A stretch of 64,000 nucleotides of DNA from Candidatus Methanoperedens sp. (GCA_028717345.1 JAQUNZ010000002.1:7521-71520); one strand, 5' to 3'. Shown: positions 20,089 through 30,203, numbered from the stretch's first letter. The notes: generated by a model not told the origin, from the letters alone. Numbers and translations are program-made.

Positions 20089-21807
20089 ATGTCCAGTATC
20101 CACATCCTAGACGAAGCCACAGTGAATAAGATTGCAGCAGGCGAAGTTATTGAGCGCCCTGCCTCAGTGGCAAAGGAACTCATCGAGAATAGCATAGACG
20201 CAGGCGCGACAGACATAAAAATAGAGGTACAAAGAGGTGGAAAGAAGCTCATCCGCGTCACAGACAACGGGTGCGGGATGGACAGGGAAGACGCCGCGCT
20301 GTCTTTTGTAAAGCATTCCACAAGCAAGATACACAGGATCGAGGATATCGAGAACGTATTGACCATGGGATTCAGGGGAGAAGCGCTCTCCTCCATTTGC
20401 GCAGTGGCAAAAGTTGAGCTTGTCACGAAATCCAGGGAAGGTCTTGCAGGAACGAAGGTAGTCCTCCATGGGGGCAAATTGATTGGCATAAGCGATACAG
20501 GCGCGCCTGATGGAACTTCCATCACTGTAGAGGATCTTTTTTTCAACACTCCTGCACGGAAAAAATACATGAGATCAGACAGTACTGAGCTTGCGCATAT
20601 CGTGGACATAGTGACAAAGAACGCTCTTGGCAACAATAATGTCAGTTTTACCATGCTGCATAACGAAAATACGCTCATCCGTTCTCCAGCCTCCATGCTT
20701 CTGGAAACGATAATTCACATCTACGGGCAGGAAGTTGCAAGAGAAATGCTTCAGGTTAATTTCAGCTCGCGTTTTGCCACTATTACGGGAGTCATCTCAA
20801 AACCCGCGATCAGCAGGGGCACGATGGACGCCCAGTCATTTTATATCAACAGCAGGAACGTTACTTCAAGAGCACTTAGCTTTGCCCTTAGAAAAGGATA
20901 CGGCACGCTCCTGCCGCAGAAACGCTTTCCAATCGCAGTGTTAAAAATATCTGTGGATACGGCAGAAGTGGACGTGAATGTGCATCCCACCAAGAGCCAG
21001 GTGCGTCTTAGCCATGAATGGGAAATAGCGCAAGCTCTAACTATGGCTGTGAACGATGCGCTCGCAAATAAGGAGCTTGCGCCACAGGTAAAAACCACCC
21101 AATCGCTTCTGTATGAGAAGATCGAAAGCCCAACCATTATCAAGGAAGAAGGATCGCGATTCAGGACGCCTGTTAAGGATACCCAGAAGCGGCTTCGGCG
21201 CACAGAACCGGGTATCGGGGAGATTGTCAATGCAGAAAAGCCGCATGTAAAGATTCTGGGACAGGTGGATGCACTGTATGTCGTTGCAGAAACAAAAGAC
21301 GGGCTGATGATAATAGACCAGCATGCAGCCCATGAACGCATTCTCTTTGAACAGGTGCGTGATTCAAAGCGCACGGATTCGCAGGAACTTATCATTCCCA
21401 TCAACCTTGACCTTGATCCAAAGGAGAAGGTGCTGATGAAAGAATGCAAACCCTATCTTGAGGAGTTCGGCTTTCAGATATCTGAATTCGGACCAGATTC
21501 ATTCGCAATAGCCGCAATTCCCCGCGTGCTGGGAAATCTTGAAGATCCGGGGCTTGTGCATGATATTATCATTGACATACTTTCAGAAGGCAAGATAAGG
21601 GACGAGACAGGGATATTTGATCGCGTGACAAAAAGTATCGCATGCAGGGGAGCGATAAAAGCTGGAGCGGACTGCACCAGCGAACAGATGGAGCGCCTCA
21701 TAGAGCAGCTTTTCATGACCGGGAACCCTTATACATGTCCTCATGGAAGACCCACGATGGTGTCTTTTAACAGGGAAGCGCTGGATAAGCTGTTCAAGAG
21801 AAGTTAA
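20089..21807 (+). CDS. mutL: DNA mismatch repair protein MutL
   Basis: GHKL ATPase motifs: IHILDEATVNKIAAGEVIERPASVAKELIENSIDAGAT and DNGCGM. C-terminal motifs: DQHAAHERILFE and CPHGRP. Confidence 0.95.
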   Translation: MSSIHILDEATVNKIAAGEVIERPASVAKELIENSIDAGATDIKIEVQRGGKKLIRVTDNGCGMDREDAALSFVKHSTSKIHRIEDIENVLTMGFRGEALSSICAVAKVELVTKSREGLAGTKVVLHGGKLIGISDTGAPDGTSITVEDLFFNTPARKKYMRSDSTELAHIVDIVTKNALGNNNVSFTMLHNENTLIRSPASMLLETIIHIYGQEVAREMLQVNFSSRFATITGVISKPAISRGTMDAQSFYINSRNVTSRALSFALRKGYGTLLPQKRFPIAVLKISVDTAEVDVNVHPTKSQVRLSHEWEIAQALTMAVNDALANKELAPQVKTTQSLLYEKIESPTIIKEEGSRFRTPVKDTQKRLRRTEPGIGEIVNAEKPHVKILGQVDALYVVAETKDGLMIIDQHAAHERILFEQVRDSKRTDSQELIIPINLDLDPKEKVLMKECKPYLEEFGFQISEFGPDSFAIAAIPRVLGNLEDPGLVHDIIIDILSEGKIRDETGIFDRVTKSIACRGAIKAGADCTSEQMERLIEQLFMTGNPYTCPHGRPTMVSFNREALDKLFKRS

Positions 21808-22682
21808 GCATTTGATATGTACGCATAGGAAGCCTCTGTTATCAGGATATCAGCCCCGTATTCGGTTATTGTTTTTCCTCTCTTCATTTCTATTTCATTT
21901 ATGTAGGTTTTCAATATATTATTTGCCTGTTCTTTCTTGCCAGCTTTGAGATTCTCACCTGCAAGAACGAGTATATTCGTCAGGTTTTGCGCAGTCGAAA
22001 ACTCGGTTATCCATCCATTCCGTATCGTTCTCTGGTTAAGAGCTATAAGGCTGTTCATGTTTGAAATAACAGTAAAATTAACGGTTGATACCTTAATATT
22101 CCCTGCATTATCCTGGGCAGCAGCCCTGAAAACATATGCTCCGGGACTCAGGCTTAACATGTCAAAATCCTGTGAAGTAGTAACAGGCGCGCCATTTATT
22201 CTTGCGGCAATGGAGAATATACCTGATAGTGCATCACTGCCTGAAAAATCAAGCGTGATGATATCAGAGTGCAAATATACCCGCGGTTCAGGACTTATAA
22301 TTGATATTTCAGGCGCAGTAAGATCAAGTTTCACCTGGGAAGTTCTTATAAGTTCTGGATTACCATCATTGTCTATGCTGGAATACTCGATGTTATGAAC
22401 CCCCTCTGTATCCAGTCTTATCTCAACCTCATCACTGTATGATACAAATGGTCTGGAACCATCTATTGTATAAGAAATCGCTGCAATTCCTGAATGTGCA
22501 TCATATGCTTTAATTCTCGCGATCAATTCATGATCGTGCCAGCCGTAGTTAGATTCCATATACACTTCTGCGGACGCTGCCGTGACATTTATTATCAGAA
22601 CAAAAAGTAATAATATTATAGCCTTTTTTTCAGTATTTATGCAAAACATATTTAATCCTGCATTTTTTCGGTACCTGATCAC
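21804..22682 (-). CDS. Secreted Ig-like-repeat protein, unknown function
   Basis: It has an N-terminal hydrophobic signal (AIILLLFVLIINVTAASA) and repeats of the form YTIDGS...HNIEYSSIDNDGN. The true start may be the internal MFCIN. Its stop overlaps the mutL stop. Confidence 0.55.
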   Translation of the reverse strand: MIRYRKNAGLNMFCINTEKKAIILLLFVLIINVTAASAEVYMESNYGWHDHELIARIKAYDAHSGIAAISYTIDGSRPFVSYSDEVEIRLDTEGVHNIEYSSIDNDGNPELIRTSQVKLDLTAPEISIISPEPRVYLHSDIITLDFSGSDALSGIFSIAARINGAPVTTSQDFDMLSLSPGAYVFRAAAQDNAGNIKVSTVNFTVISNMNSLIALNQRTIRNGWITEFSTAQNLTNILVLAGENLKAGKKEQANNILKTYINEIEMKRGKTITEYGADILITEASYAYISNA

Positions 22683-22848
22683 TAATTACAGCTATCCTTA
22701 TACAGAACAGCCTCTATTCCCCGTTTTTCATAGCGCACCCGTTTTTCCTATCCATTAATGGACGCTATCATGAACATGAGTTCACAATGAAAGATAATAG
22801 ATAATTCGGTATGCTTAATAATAAAAAGATACTGTAAATCTTGTTTTT

Positions 22849-23868
22849 ATGATAGATCCTGTCAACAAATTCAAGATACCTGACGAATGGATTAAAAAGG
22901 CAAACATGCCTCTTGAAATCCTGAAATCGCGCATCAACAGTGGGCGCTATGTCCTCCTTTCAGACGGTTCTCTTCTAAGGCGCGGCTTTACGACAGGGAC
23001 GACTGCAGCGGCGGCAGCAAAGGCATCCGTCATTTCTCTAAGAAAAAAGAACATTTCTGAGGTCTATGTTCCCACTCCATCCGGCATTCGCGTTCTTCTT
23101 CAGGTCAAGGCGAACAGCGGGAAAGCTTCTGCCATCAAAGATCCGGGAGACCATGCATCAGATGCCACAGGAGGCATGGAGATTGTAGCAGAAGCAAGAG
23201 AATGTGACAGGATTATTATCAAAGCAGGCAGAGGTATAGGTTCCAAAAAAGGTCTCCCCGCAATAAATTCATCCCCCATGCGCCAGATTGAAGATGCTGT
23301 AAAAGAGGCGATCGGGGAAACAGGACTTAAAGGCGCATGTGTTGAAATATCAGTTCCAAAAGGAGTGGAGATCGCAAAAAAGACGCTGAATGCGCAGGTG
23401 GGAATATCAGGCGGGATATCTATTCTTGGCACGACTGGTTTCGTTGAACCATGGAATGAGCATCTGGGGGAAATGAAAGAAGAACTCATCAGGCAGGCAG
23501 ACAGGATCGTTCTTACCACAGGACGTCTCGGAGTGAGGTTCTCGCACATGCTTTTTCCAGGCTACAATATCATACTTATCGGAAGTGATATATCCCGTGG
23601 TCTTTCTGCGGCAAAAGAAAAGGCGGACGTCATAATATCAGGACTTCCGGGTTTGATTCTCAAATGGTCTTACCCTGATATACTAAAAGATAGCGGTTAC
23701 CTCACAGTTCAGGAAATGATCGATGAATCTCCTGATAATACCCTTATTGACAGGGGTCTTGAGAAGGCTGTGAAGCTATCGGGCAAAAGAGTGGTGCTTT
23801 TTAACAGGAACGGAACAATACTTCGCGACAGCGCGTCCGGGGGAAAAAAAAGAGGAGATTTCTTATGA
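22849..23868 (+). CDS. cbiD: Cobalt-precorrin-5B (C1)-methyltransferase
   Basis: Motifs RRGFTTGTTAAAAAKA, GISILGTTGFVEPW. Confidence 0.88.
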   Translation: MIDPVNKFKIPDEWIKKANMPLEILKSRINSGRYVLLSDGSLLRRGFTTGTTAAAAAKASVISLRKKNISEVYVPTPSGIRVLLQVKANSGKASAIKDPGDHASDATGGMEIVAEARECDRIIIKAGRGIGSKKGLPAINSSPMRQIEDAVKEAIGETGLKGACVEISVPKGVEIAKKTLNAQVGISGGISILGTTGFVEPWNEHLGEMKEELIRQADRIVLTTGRLGVRFSHMLFPGYNIILIGSDISRGLSAAKEKADVIISGLPGLILKWSYPDILKDSGYLTVQEMIDESPDNTLIDRGLEKAVKLSGKRVVLFNRNGTILRDSASGGKKRGDFL

Positions 23869-24449
23869 AAATAGTAGGCGTGGGAGCAGGACCCAATCTC
23901 TTGACCACGGAAGCGGCGTCAGCCATTAAGAGCGCAAGAATAATATTTGGCTCAAGAAGAGCGATAGAACTGGCAGGTGATTATATAAAATGCGAAGTTC
24001 ACGAAATTGAGGATTACACGCTGAATTCCCTGCCCCAGGACGCAGTCGTGCTCTCAACTGGCGATCCCATGCTTTCAGGGCTTGGGAAATTCGCAAAAAC
24101 AGGAGATGTTGTCATCCCCGGGATATCCTCACTGCAACTGGCGTGCTCACGCATACGTCTGGATGTTGAGGGGGTAGCGGTCATAACAGCCCATTCAAGA
24201 AATGTAGAGGCAGTAAAAAGCAGGTTAATAAAAGAGCTGGAAAATGGAAAAAACGTGTTTCTCCTTCCCGACGCCTCATTCGGGGTGGATGAAATTGCTG
24301 CCATGCTGAAACAACGTGGTATTTCAAGACGGATATGGGTATTTGAGAAGCTTGCCTATCCTGATGAACGTATCTCTGAAGGCACGACAGAGCGACCACC
24401 TGTTGCGAAAACCGGGCTTTACTGCATTATGATCGAAGGCGAGCCTTAA
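23865..24449 (+). CDS. cbiE: Cobalt-precorrin-7 (C5)-methyltransferase (CbiE-type)
   Basis: A tetrapyrrole methylase N-terminus: MKIVGVGAGPNLLT.EA..AI, GDPMLSG. It overlaps cbiD by 4 nt. Confidence 0.8.
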   Translation: MKIVGVGAGPNLLTTEAASAIKSARIIFGSRRAIELAGDYIKCEVHEIEDYTLNSLPQDAVVLSTGDPMLSGLGKFAKTGDVVIPGISSLQLACSRIRLDVEGVAVITAHSRNVEAVKSRLIKELENGKNVFLLPDASFGVDEIAAMLKQRGISRRIWVFEKLAYPDERISEGTTERPPVAKTGLYCIMIEGEP

Positions 24450-25009
24450 CCTTTCTCTTCCCTGGGTATCACAATTTTTTTGATATCATGCCATGTAAAA
24501 AAAACAGGAGATGAACCGTCCTGCGGTTCAAAAAAAACACCAATTGAATCAGCATGCCTGAGAATGCCATCATTTACCTTTCCAGAGATAGTATGTAATT
24601 GTACTTTTTTGTCAACGAACACGCCGAGATATACACTTGTTGGTTTCTCCTGTGGGGCAGTAATTTGTTTTTTACCTTCTTTATATGACGGAAGATCAAG
24701 ATCAGGCAGTACCTGTATCAGCTTTGAAAACCTGCTAAAAAGTTCAGAGGATTCATCAATGATAAGAACTTCAGAATAAAGTGTGAGAGCTTTTATTATT
24801 CCCTGGGAAAAACCATGATCCTGTATGATAGGGGCAAGGGAGCAAAACTCATAATTCTTGGCAGATGGGCGGGATAACACTTTTTCTACTGAAGCTGGAT
24901 TGATCTCTTTAGGCTTCCCGTCAAATTCGATACCCGCCCGGTTCATTTCAAGCAGTGTAGACCTGAGTTTCAAGATATCTGTTGCTCTTACTATTGCGAT
25001 GGATTTCAT
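24446..25009 (-). CDS. Hypothetical cytoplasmic protein (187 aa)
   Basis: I recognise no motif. It starts 3 nt downstream of small two-TM gene 'a' on the same strand, so the two are probably co-transcribed. Confidence 0.5.
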   Translation of the reverse strand: MKSIAIVRATDILKLRSTLLEMNRAGIEFDGKPKEINPASVEKVLSRPSAKNYEFCSLAPIIQDHGFSQGIIKALTLYSEVLIIDESSELFSRFSKLIQVLPDLDLPSYKEGKKQITAPQEKPTSVYLGVFVDKKVQLHTISGKVNDGILRHADSIGVFFEPQDGSSPVFFTWHDIKKIVIPREEKG

Positions 25010-25012
25010 TTA

Positions 25013-25273
25013 TTATCTGAACTGCGGTTCGAGAGTAATATATTTTTTTGAAACGGAAATTATGAGAAAATCCTTTCCTGAAGACAACACAGCTTCCATC
25101 TCCCTTAGAAGCATTTGGGTGCCATGCAGGGACATATATACAATAACCGCCAACGGTGGAATGAACAATAATCCAAGTATCAGGATTATTACAGTCCATG
25201 AGATCGAAACATATAATAAAATAATCATACTTAAAAAGACAGCCACATTCAATTTCATAGTTCTATTCATCAT
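25013..25273 (-). CDS. Small two-TM protein, family member 'a'
   Basis: Start trimmed to MMNRTMKL. It carries GLLFIPPLAVIVYM, homologous to GWLF(F/L)IPA.F.VYM in the ORFs at 26940, 27609 and 32808. Confidence 0.55.
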   Translation of the reverse strand: MMNRTMKLNVAVFLSMIILLYVSISWTVIILILGLLFIPPLAVIVYMSLHGTQMLLREMEAVLSSGKDFLIISVSKKYITLEPQFR

Positions 25274-25478
25274 TACAGGTCGCCCCACAAGTCCTATACC
25301 GCAAGGACTATATAAAATGTATCTTTTTCGCAAAATGATTATTTTAAAGGTATGCGTTGGCAAAACAAACAACAAACTATATATGGTGGTAAAGTTGATG
25401 GATATTGTAGGATAAAAAACCACTCAAATCTTTAAAAATGGGGAAAACGGGATAGGTTTAACTTCAGGTTTAAAAGAA

Positions 25479-26918
25479 ATGATCGTTACAAAGCATATTT
25501 CCCTTGATAAGGACTGCGTTGAAAAGATGAGACCTTATGTCGAACGGCATCAGGGCAATTTCAGCGCGGCGATGAGGGAAATAATAGATAAGGCAGGAAA
25601 ATCCGGGCTGCCATTTAACTCCTCTGCAATAGATAATTCTCTTTTTAAATGGATGCTCACTGAGGTATGCACCTTCATACCGGATAACGTGCTGAACGAA
25701 ATGATTGATCCTGTGCTGATAAATTCAGTGAGAAAGCTCGAAGGGTTCGTTAATTTCAGATTCCAGGACCTTGGATGGAATACAGATATTTCATTAAAAT
25801 GTGATAATGATTCATTCCCTTCCGATATTTTGATGGAAATAAAGGGTGATAACCAGAAAGTAAAGTTCATCGCCTGCATCATGTCCCAGTATCTTGTCAA
25901 GAACTCGCTTGAACGTTCCCCGCTTGAGATTAATTCTGTCGTAAATTTTAATGAGGGAATAAAGATCGAACTATCCCGATCTAATAAGAATGAAGCGCTC
26001 AACAGCCTTAACACATTTTTCGGAGGGATGGATGAAATATTTAAGATCATAAAAGGCTATCCAACCTTCTGGAAAGCTATAATTTCCAGACATCATTTAA
26101 GCAATTACAACATGGTCACTGTCCACAGGAATTACTTTGAAGAACTTCTGGCGAACAACATACCGCTCGGGGAAATAACAATAGAGAACCTGGCAAAAAA
26201 ACCCATCCAGGAAATTCCATTGGTGCAGATGCTTCCTCTAATAAAAGAGGTATATGAGACCGCAAGGGTCGTAGACCGGGTGGAGATCGATAAAGACAAT
26301 GTTATTTTGTTCCATAATTATAGAAACAAGGATGCAATAGAAAAACTAAAAAAGATCCTTGTTACGTTGTTGGAGATTAACGGTCATTTATATGATGCAA
26401 AATCCACAGCCAATATGATCGTGCTGACGCACAGGCCAGATGTGGGATTGAAGATCAATGAGGTCGTGGATAATCTGAAAACAAGCAACAATAGAGTGGA
26501 TCAGGAATTATTAATGTTCATGGCTTTCCTGAAAGGGCTAAAGAACATCCCCGACATCCCCCTGTCCCTTACCTCCCTGGGTAGAAGAATGGGCAAAACC
26601 CTGATGCAGGAATACGAAAAGGAGAATGTCATCAGGAAATGGGACCTTGCAAGCTTCAAAAAGGCATTTGAGATGATCAATTCCAAACTCCGCACTGAAA
26701 GCGAATGGAAACTTGACGGGAATATTCTGCTCTATACGGTGAAGAGATGCAATATCGCCAATGAAGGAAATAAACTTGATACATGCGTCTGCCATACTTC
26801 AAGGGAAACCTTCAAAGGCGCGTTGAATCATGCGTTCGGAAATACAGCAAAATTAGAGATCAAGAAATTAATATCACATGGTGACGAATTTTGCCAGGTC
26901 GTAATAAAGCTTCCATGA
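25479..26918 (+). CDS. RHH-like / V4R-like tri-Cys protein, paralog P1 (479 aa)
   Basis: N-terminus: MIVTKHISLDKDCVEKMRPYVERHQGNFSAAMREIIDKAGK. Centre: NYNMVTVHRNYFE. C-terminus: ...RCNIANEGNKLDTCVCHTSRETFKGA..HGDEFCQVVIKLP. Confidence 0.8.
   Translation: MIVTKHISLDKDCVEKMRPYVERHQGNFSAAMREIIDKAGKSGLPFNSSAIDNSLFKWMLTEVCTFIPDNVLNEMIDPVLINSVRKLEGFVNFRFQDLGWNTDISLKCDNDSFPSDILMEIKGDNQKVKFIACIMSQYLVKNSLERSPLEINSVVNFNEGIKIELSRSNKNEALNSLNTFFGGMDEIFKIIKGYPTFWKAIISRHHLSNYNMVTVHRNYFEELLANNIPLGEITIENLAKKPIQEIPLVQMLPLIKEVYETARVVDRVEIDKDNVILFHNYRNKDAIEKLKKILVTLLEINGHLYDAKSTANMIVLTHRPDVGLKINEVVDNLKTSNNRVDQELLMFMAFLKGLKNIPDIPLSLTSLGRRMGKTLMQEYEKENVIRKWDLASFKKAFEMINSKLRTESEWKLDGNILLYTVKRCNIANEGNKLDTCVCHTSRETFKGALNHAFGNTAKLEIKKLISHGDEFCQVVIKLP
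26112..26131 (+). repeat. Invariant 20-mer ATGGTCACTGTCCACAGGAA (copy 1 of 4)
   Basis: The identical string occurs in all four paralogs at the MVTVHRN codons. Confidence 0.9.
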
Positions 26919-26939
26919 GAGCAAAAAAAGGAAAGGGAC

Positions 26940-27245
26940 CTACCTGGGTTGTATCCCTCTCCCGAGTTCTTCGTACATCATTTCTTTTTCTTTCTTCAAT
27001 TCTGCTTCCCTGCGTGCCAGAACTCTCATAGCTTCGGTAGGTTTGATACCCACGGTAATCCTGTGTTTCCGTTCCTTCATGTATTCAAGGAAACTCCATG
27101 TCATATATACTACGAATGCAGCCGGTATGAAGAACAGCCACCCTGCGGTAAAGGTGATGAAAGTTTCTGCGGGATAAAAATACGCCGCCATCATAAAACC
27201 CATTGCCGCAGTTATTGCCACAATATATTTTAACCGGGTGTCCAT
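26940..27245 (-). CDS. Small two-TM protein, family member 'b' (101 aa)
   Basis: ...GWLFFIPAAFVVYMTWSFLEYMKERKHRITVGIKPTEAMRVLARREAELKKEKEMMYEEL. It is collinear with member 'd'. Confidence 0.7.
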   Translation of the reverse strand: MDTRLKYIVAITAAMGFMMAAYFYPAETFITFTAGWLFFIPAAFVVYMTWSFLEYMKERKHRITVGIKPTEAMRVLARREAELKKEKEMMYEELGRGIQPR

Positions 27246-27276
27246 ATTATATCACCTCTTCAATCTAATCTATCTG

Positions 27277-27287
27277 ATGACAATGTC
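27277..27287 (-). promoter_or_regulatory. Conserved leader box GACATTGTCAT upstream of small-TM gene 'b'
   Basis: It is part of a ~55-nt upstream block that aligns with the blocks upstream of 'c' and 'd'. On the + strand it reads TGACAATGTCA, itself a palindrome. Confidence 0.35.
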
Positions 27288-27569
27288 AAAAGTGTATTTG
27301 GTAAGGCAAAGGTCAGGAACCAGCATTAAACGCCACAGAGGCTGAATTATGGCGTATGAATCCACTAATACAGATATATAAAAATGTATCAGGATTTGGG
27401 TACCATAATAACATTCTATTTGGTTTTTAAAAACCATGGATCAGGTAATCATGGAATAATAAGTAGAAACCGTACATTTTTTTTTTATTTTGTCTCACAC
27501 ATTCCACAATACAGTTCATCGTGACGAGAAGAGGCAACTCAGTCACAGGATGTTCTCAAACACTTCTAT

Positions 27570-27580
27570 AACATTGTCAT
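27570..27580 (+). promoter_or_regulatory. Conserved leader box AACATTGTCAT upstream of small-TM gene 'c'
   Basis: It sits in the same position relative to the GGTGATA..ATG Shine-Dalgarno/start as in 'b' and 'd'. Confidence 0.35.
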
Positions 27581-27608
27581 TTGATATGTTAGTTCAAGGT
27601 GATATTAT

Positions 27609-27791
27609 ATGGAAAACCGGACAATAGAAACTCAGATAAAATATCTGGGAGTTGTAGCTGCTGCCCTTGTTTTTCTGGCAGCTGCGTATAGCCTGCCGAC
27701 TGAAACCTTCTTTGGCATCTTTGCTGCAGGATTATTCCTGATCCCGGCAGCATTCTTTGTATACGTCGTCCAGAAGGTTGCGAAAACATAA
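27609..27791 (+). CDS. Small two-TM protein, family member 'c' (60 aa, lacks the charged C-terminal tail)
   Basis: ...AAGLFLIPAAFFVYVVQKVAKT. It has the two TM segments only. Confidence 0.6.
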   Translation: MENRTIETQIKYLGVVAAALVFLAAAYSLPTETFFGIFAAGLFLIPAAFFVYVVQKVAKT

Positions 27792-27858
27792 GAGCGGTGG
27801 ATACCGATGGATCGTCAGGGAGATAAAAAACAACATGAAATATGCGGGGTTGATCTCA

Positions 27859-29301
27859 ATGAGTATTACAAGACACATCTCTCTTGACGATGACCATATT
27901 GAAAAAATGAAACAATATATCGATAAACATAATGGTAACTTCGGCGCTGCGCTAAGAGAGATGATAAACCTGGCAGGAAAGTACAGCCATCGTTCGAATT
28001 CATCTGCCATAGATATATCGTTACTAAACTGGATGCTCTCGGAGATAGATGGCATACTTATTCCTGATGACATACTGGACGAAACGATAAACTCCATGCT
28101 GATCAATTCTATGGGAGAACTGGAGGAATACCTGAAACACAGGTTCTCTGAACTCGAATGGGGTACGGATCTTGTTCTGAAATATGACCGGGATTCGTTC
28201 CCTTCTGATGTATTGGTCGAAATAAAAGGTCCATCTCAAAGAATAAGGTTCGTGGCTTGTATGGTCTGCCAGTACCTGGTGAAAAACTCACTTATCCAGT
28301 CGCCACTTGAGATAAAGAAGGTAACAGGATCTGCTGAGTGCATAAAGGTCGAGCTTTTAAGATCAAATAAAAAGGATGCGAAAAAGAGCCTGTGTACTTT
28401 TTTCGGAGAGCGGGATGAAGTAATGAAAACCATAAAGAGCCGCCCTGCTTTCTGGAAGGCTTTGATCGACAGGCATTTGCTCAGCAACTACAATATGGTC
28501 ACTGTCCACAGGAACTATTTTGAAGATATACTTTCAGACAGGGTACCCCTGGGGGAGATAATGATAGAGAATCTGGCTAAAAAGCCGGTACGGGATATAC
28601 CATTACCAGAGATGCTCTCCCTGATAAAAGAGGTTTACGAAACATCAAGGATCGCAGACAGGGTGGAAATAGACAAAGATACCATAGCATTGTTCCACAA
28701 TTTCAGGACAAAAGAGGCAATTGAAAAGCTGAAAAATAGCCTTATCCTGCTTCTGGAGTCCAGCGGTCATTTATACGATGCGGCAACTATCGCCAATATG
28801 ATAGTGCTCAGGCACAGACCTGATGTGGGTACGAAAATAAACGAGATCGTGGCAAATCTTAAGACGAGTAAAAGCACGGTTGACCAGGAGTTGCTGGTGT
28901 TCATGGCATATCTAAAGGGAATAAAGGATATCCCGGATATTCCCATGACCCTGACCTCACTTGGCAGGAGGACAGGCATTTACCTTATGCAGGAATACGA
29001 ACGTGAGAACAGCATCAAGAACTGGGACCTGGATACCTTCAGTAAAGCTCTTGCGATGATCGATTCCAGGCTTCACAGGGAGAGCGAATGGAAACTCGAC
29101 GGAAATAATCTTCTGTATACTGTCAGGAAGTGCAATCTTGCTTCGGATGGAAATTCGTTTGATACTTATGTGTGCCGTACTGCAAGGGAGACGTTCAAAG
29201 GCGCATTGTATTATACTCTTGGGAACAGGGCAGAATTGAACATTAATAAATTGATAACCCGTGGTGATAATTTTTGTGAGGTGATGATACGAATACCATA
29301 G
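27859..29301 (+). CDS. RHH-like / V4R-like tri-Cys protein, paralog P2 (480 aa)
   Basis: The start was trimmed to MSITRHISLDDDHIEKMKQYIDKHNGNFGAALREMINLAGK so that it aligns with P1 and P4. The C-terminus is ...KCNLASDGNSFDTYVCRTARETFKGA..RGDNFCEVMIRIP. Confidence 0.8.
   Translation: MSITRHISLDDDHIEKMKQYIDKHNGNFGAALREMINLAGKYSHRSNSSAIDISLLNWMLSEIDGILIPDDILDETINSMLINSMGELEEYLKHRFSELEWGTDLVLKYDRDSFPSDVLVEIKGPSQRIRFVACMVCQYLVKNSLIQSPLEIKKVTGSAECIKVELLRSNKKDAKKSLCTFFGERDEVMKTIKSRPAFWKALIDRHLLSNYNMVTVHRNYFEDILSDRVPLGEIMIENLAKKPVRDIPLPEMLSLIKEVYETSRIADRVEIDKDTIALFHNFRTKEAIEKLKNSLILLLESSGHLYDAATIANMIVLRHRPDVGTKINEIVANLKTSKSTVDQELLVFMAYLKGIKDIPDIPMTLTSLGRRTGIYLMQEYERENSIKNWDLDTFSKALAMIDSRLHRESEWKLDGNNLLYTVRKCNLASDGNSFDTYVCRTARETFKGALYYTLGNRAELNINKLITRGDNFCEVMIRIP
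28495..28514 (+). repeat. Invariant 20-mer ATGGTCACTGTCCACAGGAA (copy 2 of 4)
   Basis: Read directly from the sequence. Confidence 0.9.
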
Positions 29302-29306
29302 AAGAA

Positions 29307-30203
29307 ATGTATTTGAGAGCAGGGAGCATAAAAATAATTGCATTGCTTTTCCTTGCCGGAATGTTCTTGACCGGGGATGCATTAGCGCAGGACAGGGTGG
29401 TGGATGCATCATGTTTTCACTGTCACACAAGACAGGTAACCCAGTTTGAAAAAAGTGTACACTTTAATAATAATATTTCGTGTACTGACTGTCATGGCGG
29501 AGACATAAGGATCAACGGCAGCGTAGTATCTATAGACGTCATGTCTAAGGATTTTGCAGGCTCGCCTTCGCGGGTTAACCTTACGACTTTCTGTTCCAAA
29601 TGCCATGAGCAGGTGACAAGGAAGTACGAAAAAAGCATACACTGGAAAAAAGTTCAAGAGGGAAGACCTCAAGCTGCATCGTGCATCGATTGCCACGGGA
29701 CCCATAATATCCTGTCTTCTAAAAACCAGGCTTCTCCAACACATCTTGAAAATATACCTTTGATGTGCGGAGGCTGCCACGAAAACCAGACAAAAATGCA
29801 AGCCTGGTACTATGGAATAAAGACCGACAGGTTTGACACCTACAAGAAATCGTATCATTACAAGTCTTACCTGGGTGGCGGAAAAGTACTTGCAACATGC
29901 TCTGACTGCCATGAGAATCATGATACGAAACCCGAAGCTGATCCTGAGTCTGCAATAAATCCGGCGAACCTGCCCACAACCTGTGGGAAAACAAATTGTC
30001 ATCCAGGCGCTAATAATGTCTATGTTTATGGCGGCAAGATCCATGAAGAGCAGTCAGTTAACCTGTTCTTCATCGATGTAAAAACGCTTGTAACATATTT
30101 CTATATAATAATGATATTGTTTGAACTGGCATTTACATTCGGGCTTATTTTCCTGGGCATTACTTCAGGACTCGATATAAAAGGGAGGAAAAATCATGAC
30201 TGA
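29307..30203 (+). CDS. Multiheme cytochrome c (6 CxxCH plus one possible CX4CH), with signal peptide and C-terminal TM anchor
   Basis: Heme motifs: CFHCH, CTDCH, CSKCH, CIDCH, CGGCH, CSDCH, plus CGKTNCH. The N-terminal signal is IIALLFLAGMFLTGDALA and the C-terminal helix is YFYIIMILFELAFTFGLIFLGI. It starts 5 nt after the P2 stop. Confidence 0.85.
   Translation: MYLRAGSIKIIALLFLAGMFLTGDALAQDRVVDASCFHCHTRQVTQFEKSVHFNNNISCTDCHGGDIRINGSVVSIDVMSKDFAGSPSRVNLTTFCSKCHEQVTRKYEKSIHWKKVQEGRPQAASCIDCHGTHNILSSKNQASPTHLENIPLMCGGCHENQTKMQAWYYGIKTDRFDTYKKSYHYKSYLGGGKVLATCSDCHENHDTKPEADPESAINPANLPTTCGKTNCHPGANNVYVYGGKIHEEQSVNLFFIDVKTLVTYFYIIMILFELAFTFGLIFLGITSGLDIKGRKNHD

Noticed and set aside
22683-22848. 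A possible cobalamin riboswitch upstream of cbiD.
   Set aside because: No B12-box-like conserved core is visible, and such riboswitches are not established in archaea. This looks like an ordinary AT-rich promoter region.
27757-27858. The N-terminal extension of paralog P2 (track start 27757), which overlaps small-TM gene 'c'.
   Set aside because: The extension has no counterpart in P1, P3 or P4. Starting at 27859 gives the same 480-aa length and the shared M-x-(I/V)-T-(K/R)-H-I-S-L-D N-terminus seen in P1 and P4.
29982-30002. CGKTNCH as a seventh (CX4CH) heme site in the first cytochrome.
   Set aside because: I did not reject it outright, but I did not count it as certain. CX4CH sites exist in some multiheme cytochromes, but sequence alone cannot show that heme attaches here. 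The confident count remains six.
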